Positions 13,528-26,440 are shown, numbered from the stretch's first letter. The stretch is 64,000 bases of DNA from Callorhinchus milii (GCF_018977255.1 NW_024704743.1:67396001-67460000); one strand, 5' to 3'. A program made the numbers and translations. The notes: generated by a model from the letters alone, not told the origin.

Positions 13528-15629
13528 ATGAGGTGAGGAAACTGGGTTGCATCTGGCTGAAATTCAAAGTAATATGACTTCCAACAAACGCGTCATACAA
13601 ATAGCACAGGAAATTATAATTCATAATCTGCCTTTTTAAGGAAAACAAACCTCCTTTATTTACAACAAATAGCTGCCAAGAGTTTGGTTATTTTCTTGCT
13701 GTAGATTTAGTGGCATCCATTTCTTTTAATTTTGATACAGTGCAACGTCAGTCCACTGCTGCAACGAGCCAGTAACTAACACATTACAATGTATTAGTAG
13801 CACAGGAAAGCTTATTTATTAAAGTGAAAGTCCACTTGCTTTTTGCTAGGTTTCGCAGGTAGCCTTTCTGTAGAACAGTAGCTCATAGTAGCTGCCTTTA
13901 TGACTATCGGGAATACAGATATTGTTCGGAGACCACACTTTAATTATTTCTCATTTACCAGGCATGACATGAATGAATGTGAAAGCCAGTGGCTGCACTA
14001 GACTCAAATTCAACTCATCTTTCTTTTTTAACGGCAATGGATAATAGAGAATCAATTTTACCGAAACAACCTTTTTTGTTTAAAAAGGTATTTGGAATGA
14101 AAAATATGAAAACGCACAGGCTTACTAAATTTGACTAAATTTCCATTTTGCTGCAGCAAATAAAAACCTGAAATAATAGTTACCAGGAGAGGAGAGGACT
14201 CCAAAAAGGTCACTAATATTTTGATACAGGTTCTGTAATCCACCCACCCCCTCCCCCCCACTCGCTCCTCAACACCACGTCACCACAACATTATCTCCAT
14301 CTGTGCTATAAGCAAGCTTTAATGAAGAGAAAGGCCAAACTCATTCTGATACTCGGAGCACCTCAATCCATCAACGACAAGGATTTTTAATATGGTCTAT
14401 TTTTGGAGGCTTAACATCATTAAAACGTGTTCTGGGATATGTGTTTCTGGCTGCACTGCTCCATTTTCTACTTAATGTGTTTTCACTTCAGAGAACCTGA
14501 AGTTTGTAGACTCTCAGTTTATTAGAACATTCATTCTTACTTGCACCGTGGAACCTTTATGCAACTCGGAAGGAACGCTCCACTTCCTGATTTGTGCTGC
14601 AAAACTTATCCAGTCAATGAATTATGGAATAACATCCATTTAGTACAATGCCACATGTGTCTAAGTGGATACAAAAAAATACCATTCTCGTGGCTTTCAG
14701 CAATGCAAATATTGGGTGGCACCAAATATGTATGAAAGTATACATGTATCTCATTACTTCTTGAATACACCAGAATAATCCAATCTGAGTAAATCACTTC
14801 TCAAGATGCTGTGATAGGAGCACAATACAGTGTAGTGTTTTGGAAGGATGAGATCAGATGGACTGAAGTTCTTTCTTCATCCAAAATGATCTTGTGACCA
14901 CGAAACACATTTTTGAGGCTATTGTGCAGAACTGGTACCTCAATGCAACTTCAGTATATCAACTGCTAGATCAAAAGAATTAGACCTCAAAGAGTCATGT
15001 GAAATCCAAAGCCTCCCCTTGTCCTTGCCCTGTACCCTGCCCTTTCTATTTATTTGTCTTTCTTTCTTGTACTACCAAAATTCTAAATATTTTCCCATAG
15101 CCAGTCATAACCCAGTTATAACCTTGAAGCCCAGCTAACTATATATGCCTGAAGCTTGACTGGTTCTCAATCCCCAATTAAACTGTAAATTACTTTAAAT
15201 GATAAATGGAAGTAGCAAAATAGTTCAAAGTATGCTTCAAGCATTCAAGCAATCTGTAGAGCCTATCCACACTGCCATTAGAATACTGCAGAAAAAGCTT
15301 TAACATACTAACTCTAGTAATTGCTGAGGTGAAATATGACTGACATTTTCACACAAGCTCACTTGTGTGAACCTGTGGCAATTTCTGCTAAATTTTCACT
15401 CGTTTTCCTCATAGCTTTTTGCATTTATGTTGAAAATAGTTTTTTTTTGATGTCATGGGAAACTGCTGAAGCGACTCAGGGATATCAATAATTGAAGTGG
15501 AATTTGAAAGGAGGGCTATAAATTCAGGGTAGATGGCGTTAAAGATCACAGCATCTTTCGTTTCATTCACAGCGATGCTGCCTCTGGTTCTGTTGGTGAA
15601 GATCTCATCTCTGCAGTCAAATCAACTCA

Positions 15630-16240
15630 GTGGAGATTGTGGTGTGGGCCTTTAGTCACTACACGTCTAATCTCTGGAACTCCCTGCTTCAATCTCTCTC
15701 CCTCACCTCATTTTTATCTATCTATAAATCCTATCTGAATGCTCACCTGTTCGACCGTGCCTATGGTCACCTCCCCCTTCCCCATCTTCCTTCCTTGGCA
15801 TTCAATCTTCCCCCCACACACTACACTGTACAGCAACCTGAGGCAGGAAGGGTGCTATATAAATGCAAGTTGTTTTTGTTGTCGTGTGCCGCTGTCCTGA
15901 GGAATACATGGAGAAGACTGTATTGTAGGCAAACAGATATATGCATAAAAAAGTTTCTTTTAAATACAGACTTTAGAAGGATTTTCCATTTATCCTCCAC
16001 CACTCCACCACCAGCTGGCTCCGGCCTCCTGTTTGTCCCTTGTGCTCTCTGTTCCACCATCAGTGGCTGTGCCTTCAGCCATAATCCCTCAAAGCTCTGG
16101 AACTCTCTCTCTCAATCCCTCCGCCTTCCCCCATCCCTCCACACCTTCAAATCCCACCTAAACACCGTTTTTTGATCATGCTTACGATTACCTCCCCCCT
16201 CCCTCTCTCCCCTTGGCTCATTGTCATACTCCGCTGTAAG
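15630..16240 (+). mobile_element. Two old L2 3'-end fragments (~15630-15882 and ~15995-16240)
   Basis: AFSHYTSNLWNSL...YKSYLNAHLFDRAY and AFSHNPSKLWNSL...FKSHL motifs; the first has a tail. Confidence 0.75.
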
Positions 16241-16864
16241 CAATCCCGGAATTCTGGATTGCATTTACATGACCAAAGACTTCTGCAAAGATTCATGGAC
16301 TTGTTTATTTCATCAAGGCTGAATATATACGTAAATGGATGATGGCCAAGGGCAAATGGAAGAACAAGGAACAAAGGATTTCTTCAACATGAAAGATAAA
16401 GTTTGTCCTTGCTTTGCAGCTGGTGTCTACAACAACACGTTGAACAGACTGGTGTACATGACCAACAAGGTATAAAGTACCAGAGATTTTGGGGGTTAAA
16501 TCAGAAGAGCTGAGTTTTTGGAATAGAGTAGCTAACTGCAACCAATCTTGAGGAAAGAGGGATATGCTACAATCAACATGGATCGATATACCAAGTTAAC
16601 AAGCCACTTCGTCAATCACAGCCTTTATTGGTCTGGTCCGATCAACTCATTGCAGTGAACTGACTAACCTATTGTAAGCATTAAGTTGATTATATGAAAC
16701 ATATAACTTTGATATGCATTTCTTTACTAATTTTTCATTAAAATTTACTAATTGAAGCAAATTGAGAGTTTGTGTCAGTTCATATTTCACCGCTGGGTTA
16801 TTTAGTAACCTTTCACCCCCACTGTGAAGCACTTTGGGTCACTAACCAAACAAAGGGCGCTATA

Positions 16865-17410
16865 TCATTTTTTAGGCGGGATTTGAAAATGGGGAGGGAG
16901 GGAGCAAGACAGAGGGATTGAGGGAGAGAGTTTGAGAGTGTTACAGAGTTTCGGGGGCATTGTTGCTGAAGGCACAGCCATCGATGCTGGAGAGGAGAGG
17001 ATGAGGGATGAACAGGAGGCTGGAACCAGCGGGTAGTGGAGTGGGGGGTAAGCAGGTCATACAGGTGGGGAGGTGCGAAGGCATGAAGAGATTTGAAAAC
17101 AAGTGAGAGGAGCTTGAGATTGATCTGTTCAGTAATTGGGAGCCAATGGAGCCTGACAAAGATTGGTGTGATTGGGGTACAGAGCTTTGTGCGGGTGAGT
17201 ATCCGGTTGGCGGAGTTTTGAATTAGTTGAATCTTGTGTATGGTGGAGCTGAGGAGACCAGTGAGGAGGGCATTGGAATAGTCCAGCCAGGAAGTGACGA
17301 AAGCGTGGTCGAGGGTTTCGGCTGCTTTGGTTGTGAGGTACGGACAGAGGCGGGCAACGGGACGGAGGTGGAAAAAATCGTTCCTGGTTAGGGAACGGAT
17401 CTGGGGTCCT
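16865..17410 (-). mobile_element. L2-clade LINE, ORF2 C-terminal fragment
   Basis: FFHLRPVARLCPYLTTKAAETLDHAFVTSWLDYSNALL...LHWLPITEQI in ORF 16813-17532. Confidence 0.9.
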
Positions 17411-18452
17411 AGACACATGATTTGGTCGATCAATTCAGTACTGAATCCAATTTCATTCTCCTGCTTGGGACATCCTCCCAACGTGAAAGGCGCTTTACAA
17501 ATGTAATTTTGTTGTTGTTGCTTATTTTGCATGTTTCTTTATATTTGTTTCCGCGCATCCATGTAATTCTCTTTTAAAAAGCGGATTCTGCCTCAATAAC
17601 AGCTTGTGACAGAGAATTCCACACTGCAACTACCCGCAATGTAAAGATGTTTTCCTAATCACATACAGTATGTGGTGGGATTGCTGCAATTGAGATGGAT
17701 ACTCCAATGTATTCATTGTTGGAATACCAATTCTACACACGACTACACAAACTCCAGTCCACCAGTCTAAATCCCCTGAATAGCTTAAGATAATTAGCTC
17801 CCTGGAGGCCTGACAGTGATGGAAGATAACAGATTTTAATGTATCAAAATCCATTAGTAAACCATCTGAAAGGGAATTGCTACATTAAAATATTTACCAC
17901 CAATGTCCAAGAAGCTGGGCTGGAGACTCGGCTTTGGACTCTGGGAGTCCCACCTAGTCTTGGGCTGAGGAAGGGAGAGCCTCCGTGTGACTCGTGCTTA
18001 AATCTTCCTCATAGCTAGTGGATGGAGGCTGGCTTCTATTGAATCACCCCACAATGGCGCAGTGAGACTGCAAACAGAATATGTGAAGAGTTGCGCATAC
18101 AAATTGTATCCCTAGTACATCAATTTTAATGCTTCAAATGTATTATATGGTTGTGATGTACTAGGAAGAATATTTTATTTGGAGCAAACGCTTGAGTGAC
18201 CTGAAAACCTGGCTAATAATATAAATGATCTTCCTGAGGGATAACAAGGAGCATATCTGATTATGGATTCCATGTTGATATTCATAATAAAAGGCAATAA
18301 AGATCAGAGAAAGCAATGAAGAAGCTGATTTGAAAACCGATATATTAAACATGCATCATTTGAACCTGGCCCAAACAGAGATCAATGTATTAAAGTGGAC
18401 GTTTCACACTGCAGCATTTTCAGCACAGAGACCTGATACTGGATGAATAAAA

Positions 18453-18587
18453 CAAAAACAGAAGTCGCTGGGAACACTCAGCAGGTCAGGTTGCATCTGT
18501 AGAGAAAGGAAAGTGAGTCAACGTTTTGGGTCCAATACCCTTCATCAGAACTGGGACATGTTGGAAGGGAGAGGCTTTTAAGGGCTA
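18453..18587 (-). mobile_element. Penelope-like element pseudo-LTR fragment with a perfect 13-bp TSD
   Basis: Matches the 3' end of the Penelope copy at ~24197-24331. Flanked by TGGATGAATAAAA at 18440-18452 and 18588-18600. Confidence 0.85.
18516..18552 (-). ncRNA. Minimal type-I hammerhead ribozyme motif (core mutated GAAA>AAAA)
   Basis: The minus strand reads AGTT-CTGATGA-A-GGGTA-TTG-GACCC-AAAA-CG-TT-GACT. Confidence 0.6.
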
Positions 18588-19099
18588 TGGATGAATAAAA
18601 GTTTGTTCTATTCAATCAGTTATAAAATCAAAGGTTTTGAGGGAACAAAAATTATGTGTCAAAAGAAGATAAATCTATAGCCGGACACAGTGTAGAAGCC
18701 AATCACAGTGTAGTCTGGGATAATGTCAATGAACAAATAAACTAGAATCATACGGAATAGTAAGGGAATTCATTGACTGGAGAGAATGCTCAATTGCGCA
18801 GAATTAAATTAAACTTAAACTTTCACAAATGGAGCTAATCCCAGTAGTTTGCAGAGCTTTTGTAAGTTTTAAAAGAAAATTGCACTAATAATATTGCAAT
18901 CAGAAATATACACGCTTGTGTTCACTTTTATTAATGATCCATACATTTGATACAACATGTCATCACATTGTTGAAACATATCAAATGCTTCACAAGATTT
19001 ACTTTACAGTGAAGTGATTGCATATTAAGGGGAACCCAATAGACAATTTACCCAATGTCCCTGAAACAGCCATGAAGTGAATGGTCAATTTTATCTGCT

Positions 19100-19463
19100 C
19101 TAACTAGCTCAGTGGTTAGAGCACTCGACTCGCAAGCGAGTGACTGGGTTTGATTCCTGGCAGGGCAAAATGTTTCCTTACGCCACGCACCTCTGTTTAT
19201 CTAGCAGTAAGTAGGAACCCGGGTTGTTAGTCGATTAGCGGATCACTTTTCTGGGTGTAATAGTTCCTTCAAAAATAATAATAATAAATTGGTCACTTCA
19301 ATCCACAACTGTTTTTGCGACACTGCTGTGCAGAATTGGCTGCAGCTGCGTTTAGCCGACAAAATATACAGTCAATTCACTTTACAGTATATTCTGTGAT
19401 ATACTTTAAGATGTCTTGAGGGCATGAAAAGAGCAATATCAAATGCAAGGATTATTATTATTA
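19100..19463 (+). mobile_element. tRNA-derived SINE, long form
   Basis: TAGCTCAGTGGTTAGAGCACTCG head, internal extra segment, (ATT)n tail. Confidence 0.85.
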
Positions 19464-19819
19464 TAAATTCTATTGATGAGACAGACAATTTGGTTAAGCA
19501 TGTTATCTGCCTTGGATTATTTCCTTCTCGAAAAAGGAATTTTACAAATGTTTTCAACTGTTGAACATAGCATTTAAAACATACGTCACACTTGGACAAA
19601 TCTCTTTATACCTTGTTTTCAAAGAAATCCAGTGTTTGACCTCACTTCTAACTATAACACAGTTGAGTAGAGATTTTGTACTTTGCCCCATGTCATGTTA
19701 AGCAATTAAATTAGAGGCACTCTAAAACAGATTCTGTACTTGGACCTCATTGCAGTGTTCTTCATCCTTATTTTAGCAGTTTGGTTACAACAGAGCAATT
19801 ATGAAAATGTATTAAGAGA

Positions 19820-19925
19820 GAAACTGACAGAGACACAAACACTGGGAGAGAATGAGAGGGAGAGAGAGAGAGAGACAGAGTGTGTGACAGAGAGACAGAG
19901 AGAGAAAGGGAGATAAAGAGAGACT
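19820..19925. repeat. GA-rich low-complexity microsatellite
   Basis: Imperfect (GA)n/(GACA)n run. Confidence 0.7.
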
Positions 19926-20459
19926 GTGCTCACTAAACTGTGAGATATCGCTCACATGTCAAGGAACGCTGTGAGTTTACAGAGAGAGGTGGACCTTGAA
20001 GGAGGTGAGGGGCGAGAGGAAGGGGCGAGTTGAAGGGAATCTGGGATGGATTTCCAGAGAGTAGGGGGTAGATGCGCAGAAAGTCCGACTCTGATGATGG
20101 GCAGGGACTTTGAGCAGGCCGGTGCCTGTTGAGCGGAGGCAGCCAGTGGCTTAGTAGGGTTTAAGAAGGTCACAGAGCTAGGGTGGGACAAGACGATGGA
20201 GATCTGGAACTGGATCCGCTTTGGGATGGGAAGCCAGTAGAGTCGGGCTAGCTACAGTCACAATGATGTTGCTCTAGAAGAATATTGTAACCGAGGACCA
20301 CTTGATCCAGACGCACATGGAGGCAGGCTTGGTTTATCATTCATATTATTCTCATGGGAAAAACCTCAATAGTCTCTAGCCAAACTACCTCTAACCAGCC
20401 CCTGAGGGGTGCAGGCACTTGGTTCAATGCTACAAAAGATGCCCTCTCTCTCTGTGACT

Positions 20460-20870
20460 GCCTCTCCTCCCTAATCCACCTCAATGGGACGACACTCCTG
20501 GTTCGAGTCCTACTTGACTGACCGCCATCACTTGTCTCTGCAAATGGTTTCTCCTCTCACCCCCGTCAAATCAGCTGTGGCATACCCCAAAGCTCCATTC
20601 TTGGTCCCTTTAGTTTCCTCATTTACATGCTCCTTCTCAGCAATGTCAACCTCAGACATGGGGTCAACTTCTACACGTACGAGAATATGAAGACACCCAA
20701 CTCTACTTTTTCTCCTCCAGCTGCACCCCACGTCCGCCGATGTCCTCTTCTCTTGCTTGTGGCACATCAAGGCCTGGATGAGTTCTAACTTTCTGCAGCT
20801 GAATGTTGACAAGTAAAAAGCCACCCTCCTCGTCTCTCGTCGATGTCTTCTCACTTGCAGCTTGGACATC
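20460..20870 (+). mobile_element. Degenerate L2 reverse-transcriptase fragment
   Basis: SWFESYLTDR, GIPQSSILGP and IKAWMSSNFLQLNVDK-like segments in different frames. A separate minus-strand L2 3' scrap lies at ~19985-20245. Confidence 0.7.
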
Positions 20871-21444
20871 ATTCTCACAGTTTAAAATGTCATGGAAATA
20901 CAATCTTTAAATGACTGCTTTGGAAATCACTGAAAACCACTCATATCCTCAGCGTAATCTTGAATACTAAACTATGGAGTTGTTGTTCTCCAATGCTTGT
21001 GAGGAGGTGAGACTGTCAATATATTAGATCACCCCTGTTTGCAAATCTGTCTTTTACTGGTAAAGTTAATTACAGTGTGCTGCACTGTAGCTGAAATATT
21101 TCAGCAATGTCAGAACAGATGACTGAACATTGTAAATAGACAAAGAGTGAACAGGGCACTTTCAACACTTGAAAATATGATGTACGACTATGAGACTGGT
21201 CTTTACTGAATGCTTCTAGCAGTTAAATACTAGGTTACCATTCACTGATCTTGTTGCGAATGTCCCAGAATGATCCATATTATAATATGTGTCCACCTCA
21301 AAAATACACTAAACTTGACAATATATCCTGTGAAGCGCTTTGAGACAACCTCTCAATGTGAAAGGTGCTATATTAATAATAATCCATAAAATTGATGTAC
21401 TGCCATTCACATCAGGAGCACATCTCAAAACCACTTTGCAGGAT

Positions 21445-21480
21445 AAAGTGTAAAGTATAAAGTATAAAGTATAAAGTGTA
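21445..21480. repeat. 7-bp tandem repeat (TAAAGTA/TAAAGTG) x5
   Basis: taaagtgtaaagtataaagtataaagtataaagtgta, inside a SINE-tail remnant. Confidence 0.8.
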
Positions 21481-21541
21481 ATTACTGTGTTTTTTTTATG
21501 CTTTATATCATAATTATGGTTTCTGTTTTTCGGGGCTTAAC

Positions 21542-22710
21542 ACAACAACAACAACAACTTGGATTTATATAGTGCCCTCCATGCCGGATGGCGTCTCAGA
21601 GTGCTTCAGAGTAACGGATCACGTGGCCGAGCCAGGGAGAGGGGGAGGAAGGTGACCAAAGGCGCAGTCAAAAAGAAAGGTCTTCAGCAGAGACCTGAAA
21701 ATAGGAAGAGAGGGGGTAAGGCGAAGGGAGTGAGGAAGGGAGTTCCAGAGCCTCGGGGTGTAGTGGCTGAAGGCACGGCCACCGAGGGTGGAGCAGAGGA
21801 CTCGGGGGACAAGGAGGAGGCCAGACCCGGTGGAACGAAGGCAACAGGCACTGTTTTGAGGAGGGAGGAGGTCAGAACGGTAGGGGCTGCAGAGGAGTGG
21901 AGGGATTTGAAGACAAGGGTGAGGATCTTGAAGTCGATCCTCTCTGGGATAGGTAGCCAGTGCAGTCTGGCAAGGACTGGGGTAATTGGTAAGCAGACTT
22001 TGGTGCAGTTAAGAATCCGAACAGCAGAGTTTTGTATGACCTGGATTTTATGGATGGGAGTGGAGGGGAGGCTGGAGAGGAGGGCACTTGAATCGTCCAG
22101 CCGAGAGGTGACAAAGGTATGGACCAGGGTTTTAGCGGCTTCTGGAGTGAGGTATTGGTGGAGACGGGCGATGCGTCGGAGGTGGAAGAAAGCAGTGCTG
22201 TTGAGGGACCAGATGTAGGGGAGGAAGGATAATTGGGAGTCAAACCTGATGCCTAGGTTGCGTATGGGTTCGGAGAGCTTTACGGGGAGGTTGGGTAGGT
22301 GGAGGAGGTGAGAACTGTGTGATTTAAGACATTGACGAGAGCCAAAGAGTATGGCTTCTCTCTTGTCAATGTTCAGCTGAAGGAAATTTGCGCTCATCCA
22401 GCTTCTGATGTCTGACAGGCAGGCTGACAGAACATCAGGGGACTGGGTGTCGCAAAGCGAGGTGGAAAAATAGAGTTGGGTGTCGTCCGCATACATGTGG
22501 AAGTGTACCCCATGTCTGCGGATGACATCCCCAAGACGGAGCATGTAGATCAGAAAGAGGAGGGGACCAAGAATGGATCCTTGGGGTACCTCGCAAGTGA
22601 CCGGGTGAGAGCGGGAGAAGCCGTTTGTGCAGATGTACTGCTGGCGGTTCGTGAGGTAGGACTCGAACCAGGCGAGTGCGGTCCCACTGAGGTGGATGAC
22701 TGAGGAAAGT
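21542..22710 (-). mobile_element. L2-clade LINE, 5'-truncated (RT domain to tail)
   Basis: ORF 21684-22544 has FHMYADDTQLY (RT catalytic motif), WMSANFLQLNIDK, RNLGIRFDSQL and LHWLPIPERIDFKIL. It is frameshifted and ends in a (TTG)n tail at 21542. Confidence 0.93.
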
Positions 22711-23770
22711 TGGTGGAGGAGAAGGGCGTGATCGATTATAAATTTTCAGGGTTTTTTTTAGCATTTTTGGAGGTTCAATAAAATTGGGATTTTTTGAGCT
22801 TTCATTTACTTGCCTGTGTGCATGGAGGGAAGAGGCGGCTTAATACATGTGCTCACAAACCCGTCACCAGATGTTCCTGTGCACCGGGAGGGGAAAGTGA
22901 GAGTTGGTGTCAGGACAGGTAACCATTTATGGTATTTTCTGGGGTTTATTGGATAAATACCAATTTCATTTTTTTGTATTGGGGTGTTTTATCGGGGGTT
23001 TTCAGTTGAAAAACATATAGTCGATACATAAAATGCAACATTCTGCAGATGCTGGAAATCTGAAAACAAAAACAGAAGTCGCTGGGAACATGATCCAACC
23101 ACTAAATGTATCTTTCCTTCCCCTCCGTTTTCAGCATTCCGAAAGGACCGTTCCCTCCGTCACTCCCTGGTTCATTCTTCCATCACTACCAACAGTTCTT
23201 CTCCTCGCCCCGGCACCTTCCCATGCCAGCACAGGAGACGCAATACCTGCCCTTTCACCTCCTCCCATACCACTGTCCAGGGCCCCAAACACAGATTTCA
23301 AGTGAGACAGTGATTTCCGTGCACTACCACCAATGTAGTTTACTGCATTCGCTGCTCATGTTGTGAGCATTGGGGAGACCAAACGCAGTTGGGTGACCGA
23401 TTTGCCGAACACCTCCATTCTGTCCACAAGCACAACCCTAAGCTTCCGGTTTCTTGCCATTTCAACTCTCCCTCCCACTCGCACTCTAACCTCTCCATCC
23501 ACTGTCTCCTACACTGTTCCAATGAGCTACAGCACAAGCTCGAGGAACAGCACCTCATCTATCTGCTGGAAACCTTACAGCCCTCTGGCCTCAATATTGA
23601 TTTCAACAATTTCAGACCATAACAGCTTCCCCTCCCTCTCTCCTGTGGCCATTACCACATTATCTGGGTCCCAGACACACTTTTTCTCTTTCTGGTTTGC
23701 CTGTTTCGTTGCAAATTTCCCGCCCACTTTGTTCTGCAGTATTAACACCTCTATTCTCCTGCTTTCTTGC

Positions 23771-24095
23771 AATAATAATAATAATAATCCTTGCATTTGA
23801 TATAGCGCTTTTCACGTCGGGAAGACGTCCCAAAGCGCTTCACAGAACACACTGTAAAGTGAATTGACTGTATATTTGTGGGCGAACGCGGCAGCCAATT
23901 GCGCACAGCAGTGTCCCACAAACAGTCGTGGATTGAAAATGACCAATTTATTATTTTTTTTTGGTTTTGGAGGGACTTTTATTAGGCTCTGTGTGGAGTA
24001 AGGAAACTTGCCCAAGGTTTCGCCCTCTGCCTGGAATTGAACTCAGGTCTCTCACTTGCAAAGCGAGTGCTCTAACCACTGAGCTACAGGTCTCC
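23771..24095 (-). mobile_element. tRNA-Ala-derived SINE, short form, nested in the Penelope element
   Basis: Full head, body and tail, near-identical to the other young copies. Confidence 0.92.
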
Positions 24096-24230
24096 CCCTT
24101 TGTTTGGCAACATTAACACCTCTTTAATCCATCATTCCCTGTCCTCTACCCCATTTTCTCCTTTGTCTTCCTTGCCCTGCCTCCCCCCGCTCTGTTAGCC
24201 CTTAAAAGCTTCTCCCTCCCAAAATGTCCC

Positions 24231-24266
24231 AGTTCTGATGAAGAGTCTGGACCCGAAAGGTTGACT
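24231..24266 (+). ncRNA. Minimal type-I hammerhead ribozyme motif in the Penelope pLTR
   Basis: AGTT-CTGATGA-A-GAGTC-TG-GACCC-GAAA-GG-TT-GACT: both core boxes intact, helix I AGTT/GACT. Confidence 0.65.
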
Positions 24267-26167
24267 CACTTTCCTTTCTCCATAGATGCTGCCTGATCTG
24301 CTGAGTGTTCCCAGCGACTTCTGTTTTTGTTTATAGTCAATATATGTTTTGCCTACAAAATATACAGTTAATCCACTTGACAGTACATTCTGTGAAATGC
24401 TTTGAGACATCTTGAAGACATGATCAGGTGCCATATCAAATGCAAGGATTATTATTATTATTATTATTATAATTGGACATTAGCCTATATATAAATTGGG
24501 TACAGTGATACGTAAACGTTCAGCACTCAAACTGTCACTAGACTATCACATTCTGCCAGCTTCCCTATTATTCAAATTGAAAATCAGAATCCCGAATAGT
24601 AATTTAATACAGTTCTGCAACATTTCTTAATCCAATTTCATTTTTTTGGGAAGACGTATGATAAAGTAAAACAGCACAAGACATTGAAATCTGATTGATG
24701 TAATCCGATTTGCCTTAAGAGTGTTTTTTTGAATATCAGAAGACCTGAGGCGTTGAAGGTATTTAACTCTTTTGACCTTTCCAATGCAAACATGAGCTTG
24801 AATGGTTCTGAATTTGATACAATATAATGAGAAATCATCATCAAAGACAACTAAAGAACAGATTAATTCAAGCATTGTGGATTGACAATATGATGTAGTA
24901 ATATAAAATTTTATGAACCTTTAGAAATAGAAATGCACTGCTGAAATAGTAACAGAAGCTGCAATATTACCACAAAGTACTATGGACATTACTGAATGGG
25001 AGAATCGCAAATTTCCCTCCTCACCACTAAGTTGCTTTCTGATCTCTGAGTCAATGTTGGTGTCAAATTTGCGATATTTGCAAAACAGACTTGTTCCACT
25101 CATTGTGACTTCTACTTTACAAATATTGGATTGAGAAATTCACAGCCAAATACGTCATTGAGGAGTTGAGAATGACAAGTTGAGAAAGTCCAAAAATAGT
25201 GAACTAAATACCAGCACTGAATCTTCTCGTTGCAACTATGGCTTTTATTTTTCAGATTTTGCCAATTTTGCGATACTTGGACTGTTAATTTTACAATCTG
25301 ACATTCGTGAGATAAATTAAGGCAATAAATTTGGTTTGTGACTCTGCGATTAATTGTCTTTTACGAATAGCCATATACCAGGAGATGACTTTAATAAAGA
25401 AGGAAATTTTCAACTGTTCCAGGAAAATCCATTAAATTGCCTCTAAACTATTAAATGGCAGTACTTTGTCTTTGTATGCATTTCCAATCAAAACTTAACA
25501 TGGAAGAATAAAATATGAATCCTTCTGAATCAAAGTATGTGCAGTGACATTTGTTGATATAGAACATCTTGCCTAGCATAAAACAAGATTGTTTTGTGTT
25601 ATTTATGAAAAAAACACGCAAAATGTAACAGAACTGAGAGTTAAGGGCATTAAATCCTGTGTGAACTATTCATGTATGCCTTATATTGTAGAATACATCT
25701 GAACTGATTCAAATCCTGCAGAATGGAATTACCCCAAGGCTGCTGGTGCCGACATCATGTGTCATTTACACTGCGTGGGCCAGACCAAGGAACGTGCTGC
25801 TGCAGGCAAGGCTGTCATTGCTGGCAGTGATACAATAGAAAACTGTTTAACTTGTGTAACATTTATTAAAATGTGTGAAAATTAAGCTATAATTCTGTTT
25901 GCAATCCACCTGCAACACAGTGTGAAGAAGAGGCCTTTTTACTCTACAGCATCTCCATGACTGTCTCCTCGCTGAACAATGGCCTCTAAGGCTTAAAAGT
26001 CTTTTGTGAATCTTCAGTTCAATACAACACAGTAATCTATTTGCCTTTATTTTACTACTTACGGAACACTGGACCTATTGTTTAATAACCTGTAATCCAG
26101 TGTAGTAAATTATACAAGGAAGAACTATTTCAAACATTTTAAGCTTTTTTGAGGGAGTCTGTGAATT

Positions 26168-26328
26168 CTGGGAATGTTCCACAATAACCCAAGGCAATAA
26201 ACATTGGGATGTTCTTCAATAATGTGAGGGAATGAACCCTTGGGGATGTTCCACAATAACCTGTGTGAGTGAACACTGGGATATTGCACAATAATCCAAG
26301 TCAATGAACTCTGCTCCACAATAACCCG
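26168..26328. repeat. Degenerate minisatellite, ~35-37-bp unit, ~4.5 copies
   Basis: Recurring core TGGGATGTTCCACAATAAC at ~26169, 26206, 26242 and 26277, with a partial copy at 26314. Confidence 0.8.
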
Positions 26329-26440
26329 CAGATGTCTTTCCTGACCAGCACACGACACAAGTGTTTAACACGTACTCCATTCTGTGGCTTCCTGCTCCTA
26401 CACTAATTATTTCACACTTATCCACATTGATCCACAACAG
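26315..26440 (-). mobile_element. Old CR1 LINE fragment
   Basis: WINVDKCEIISVG...EYVLN...QERHLRVIVE resembles the CR1 ORF2 motif FNVDKCEV.H.G...ERDLGV.V. Confidence 0.6.

Larger units (their letters stand above)
23030..24331 (+). mobile_element. Penelope-like element, 5'-truncated: inverted pLTR piece, GIY-YIG endonuclease remnant, pLTR
   Basis: VVYCIRC...IGETKR.LGDRFAEHL...HFNSPSH...LEEQHLIYLLETLQPSGLN (23335-23622) is a Penelope GIY-YIG domain. 23030-23090 is an inverted copy of the pLTR end. TSD TATAGTCGATACAT (23016-23029) / TATAGTCAATATAT (24332-24345). Interrupted by a SINE. Confidence 0.9.

Noticed and set aside
16340..16400. KGKWKNKE peptide reminiscent of the BRIX1 N-terminus
   Set aside because: Only about 7 residues match from memory and the similarity does not extend. 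Likely chance.
21684..22544. Functional reverse transcriptase gene (also 53291-54007)
   Set aside because: YADD is present, but the copies are 5'-truncated, frameshifted and lack the endonuclease domain. They are dead L2 copies.
26168..26328. CRISPR-like repeat-spacer array
   Set aside because: Vertebrate context, no cas genes, degenerate repeats, and short, mutually related spacers. It is a minisatellite.
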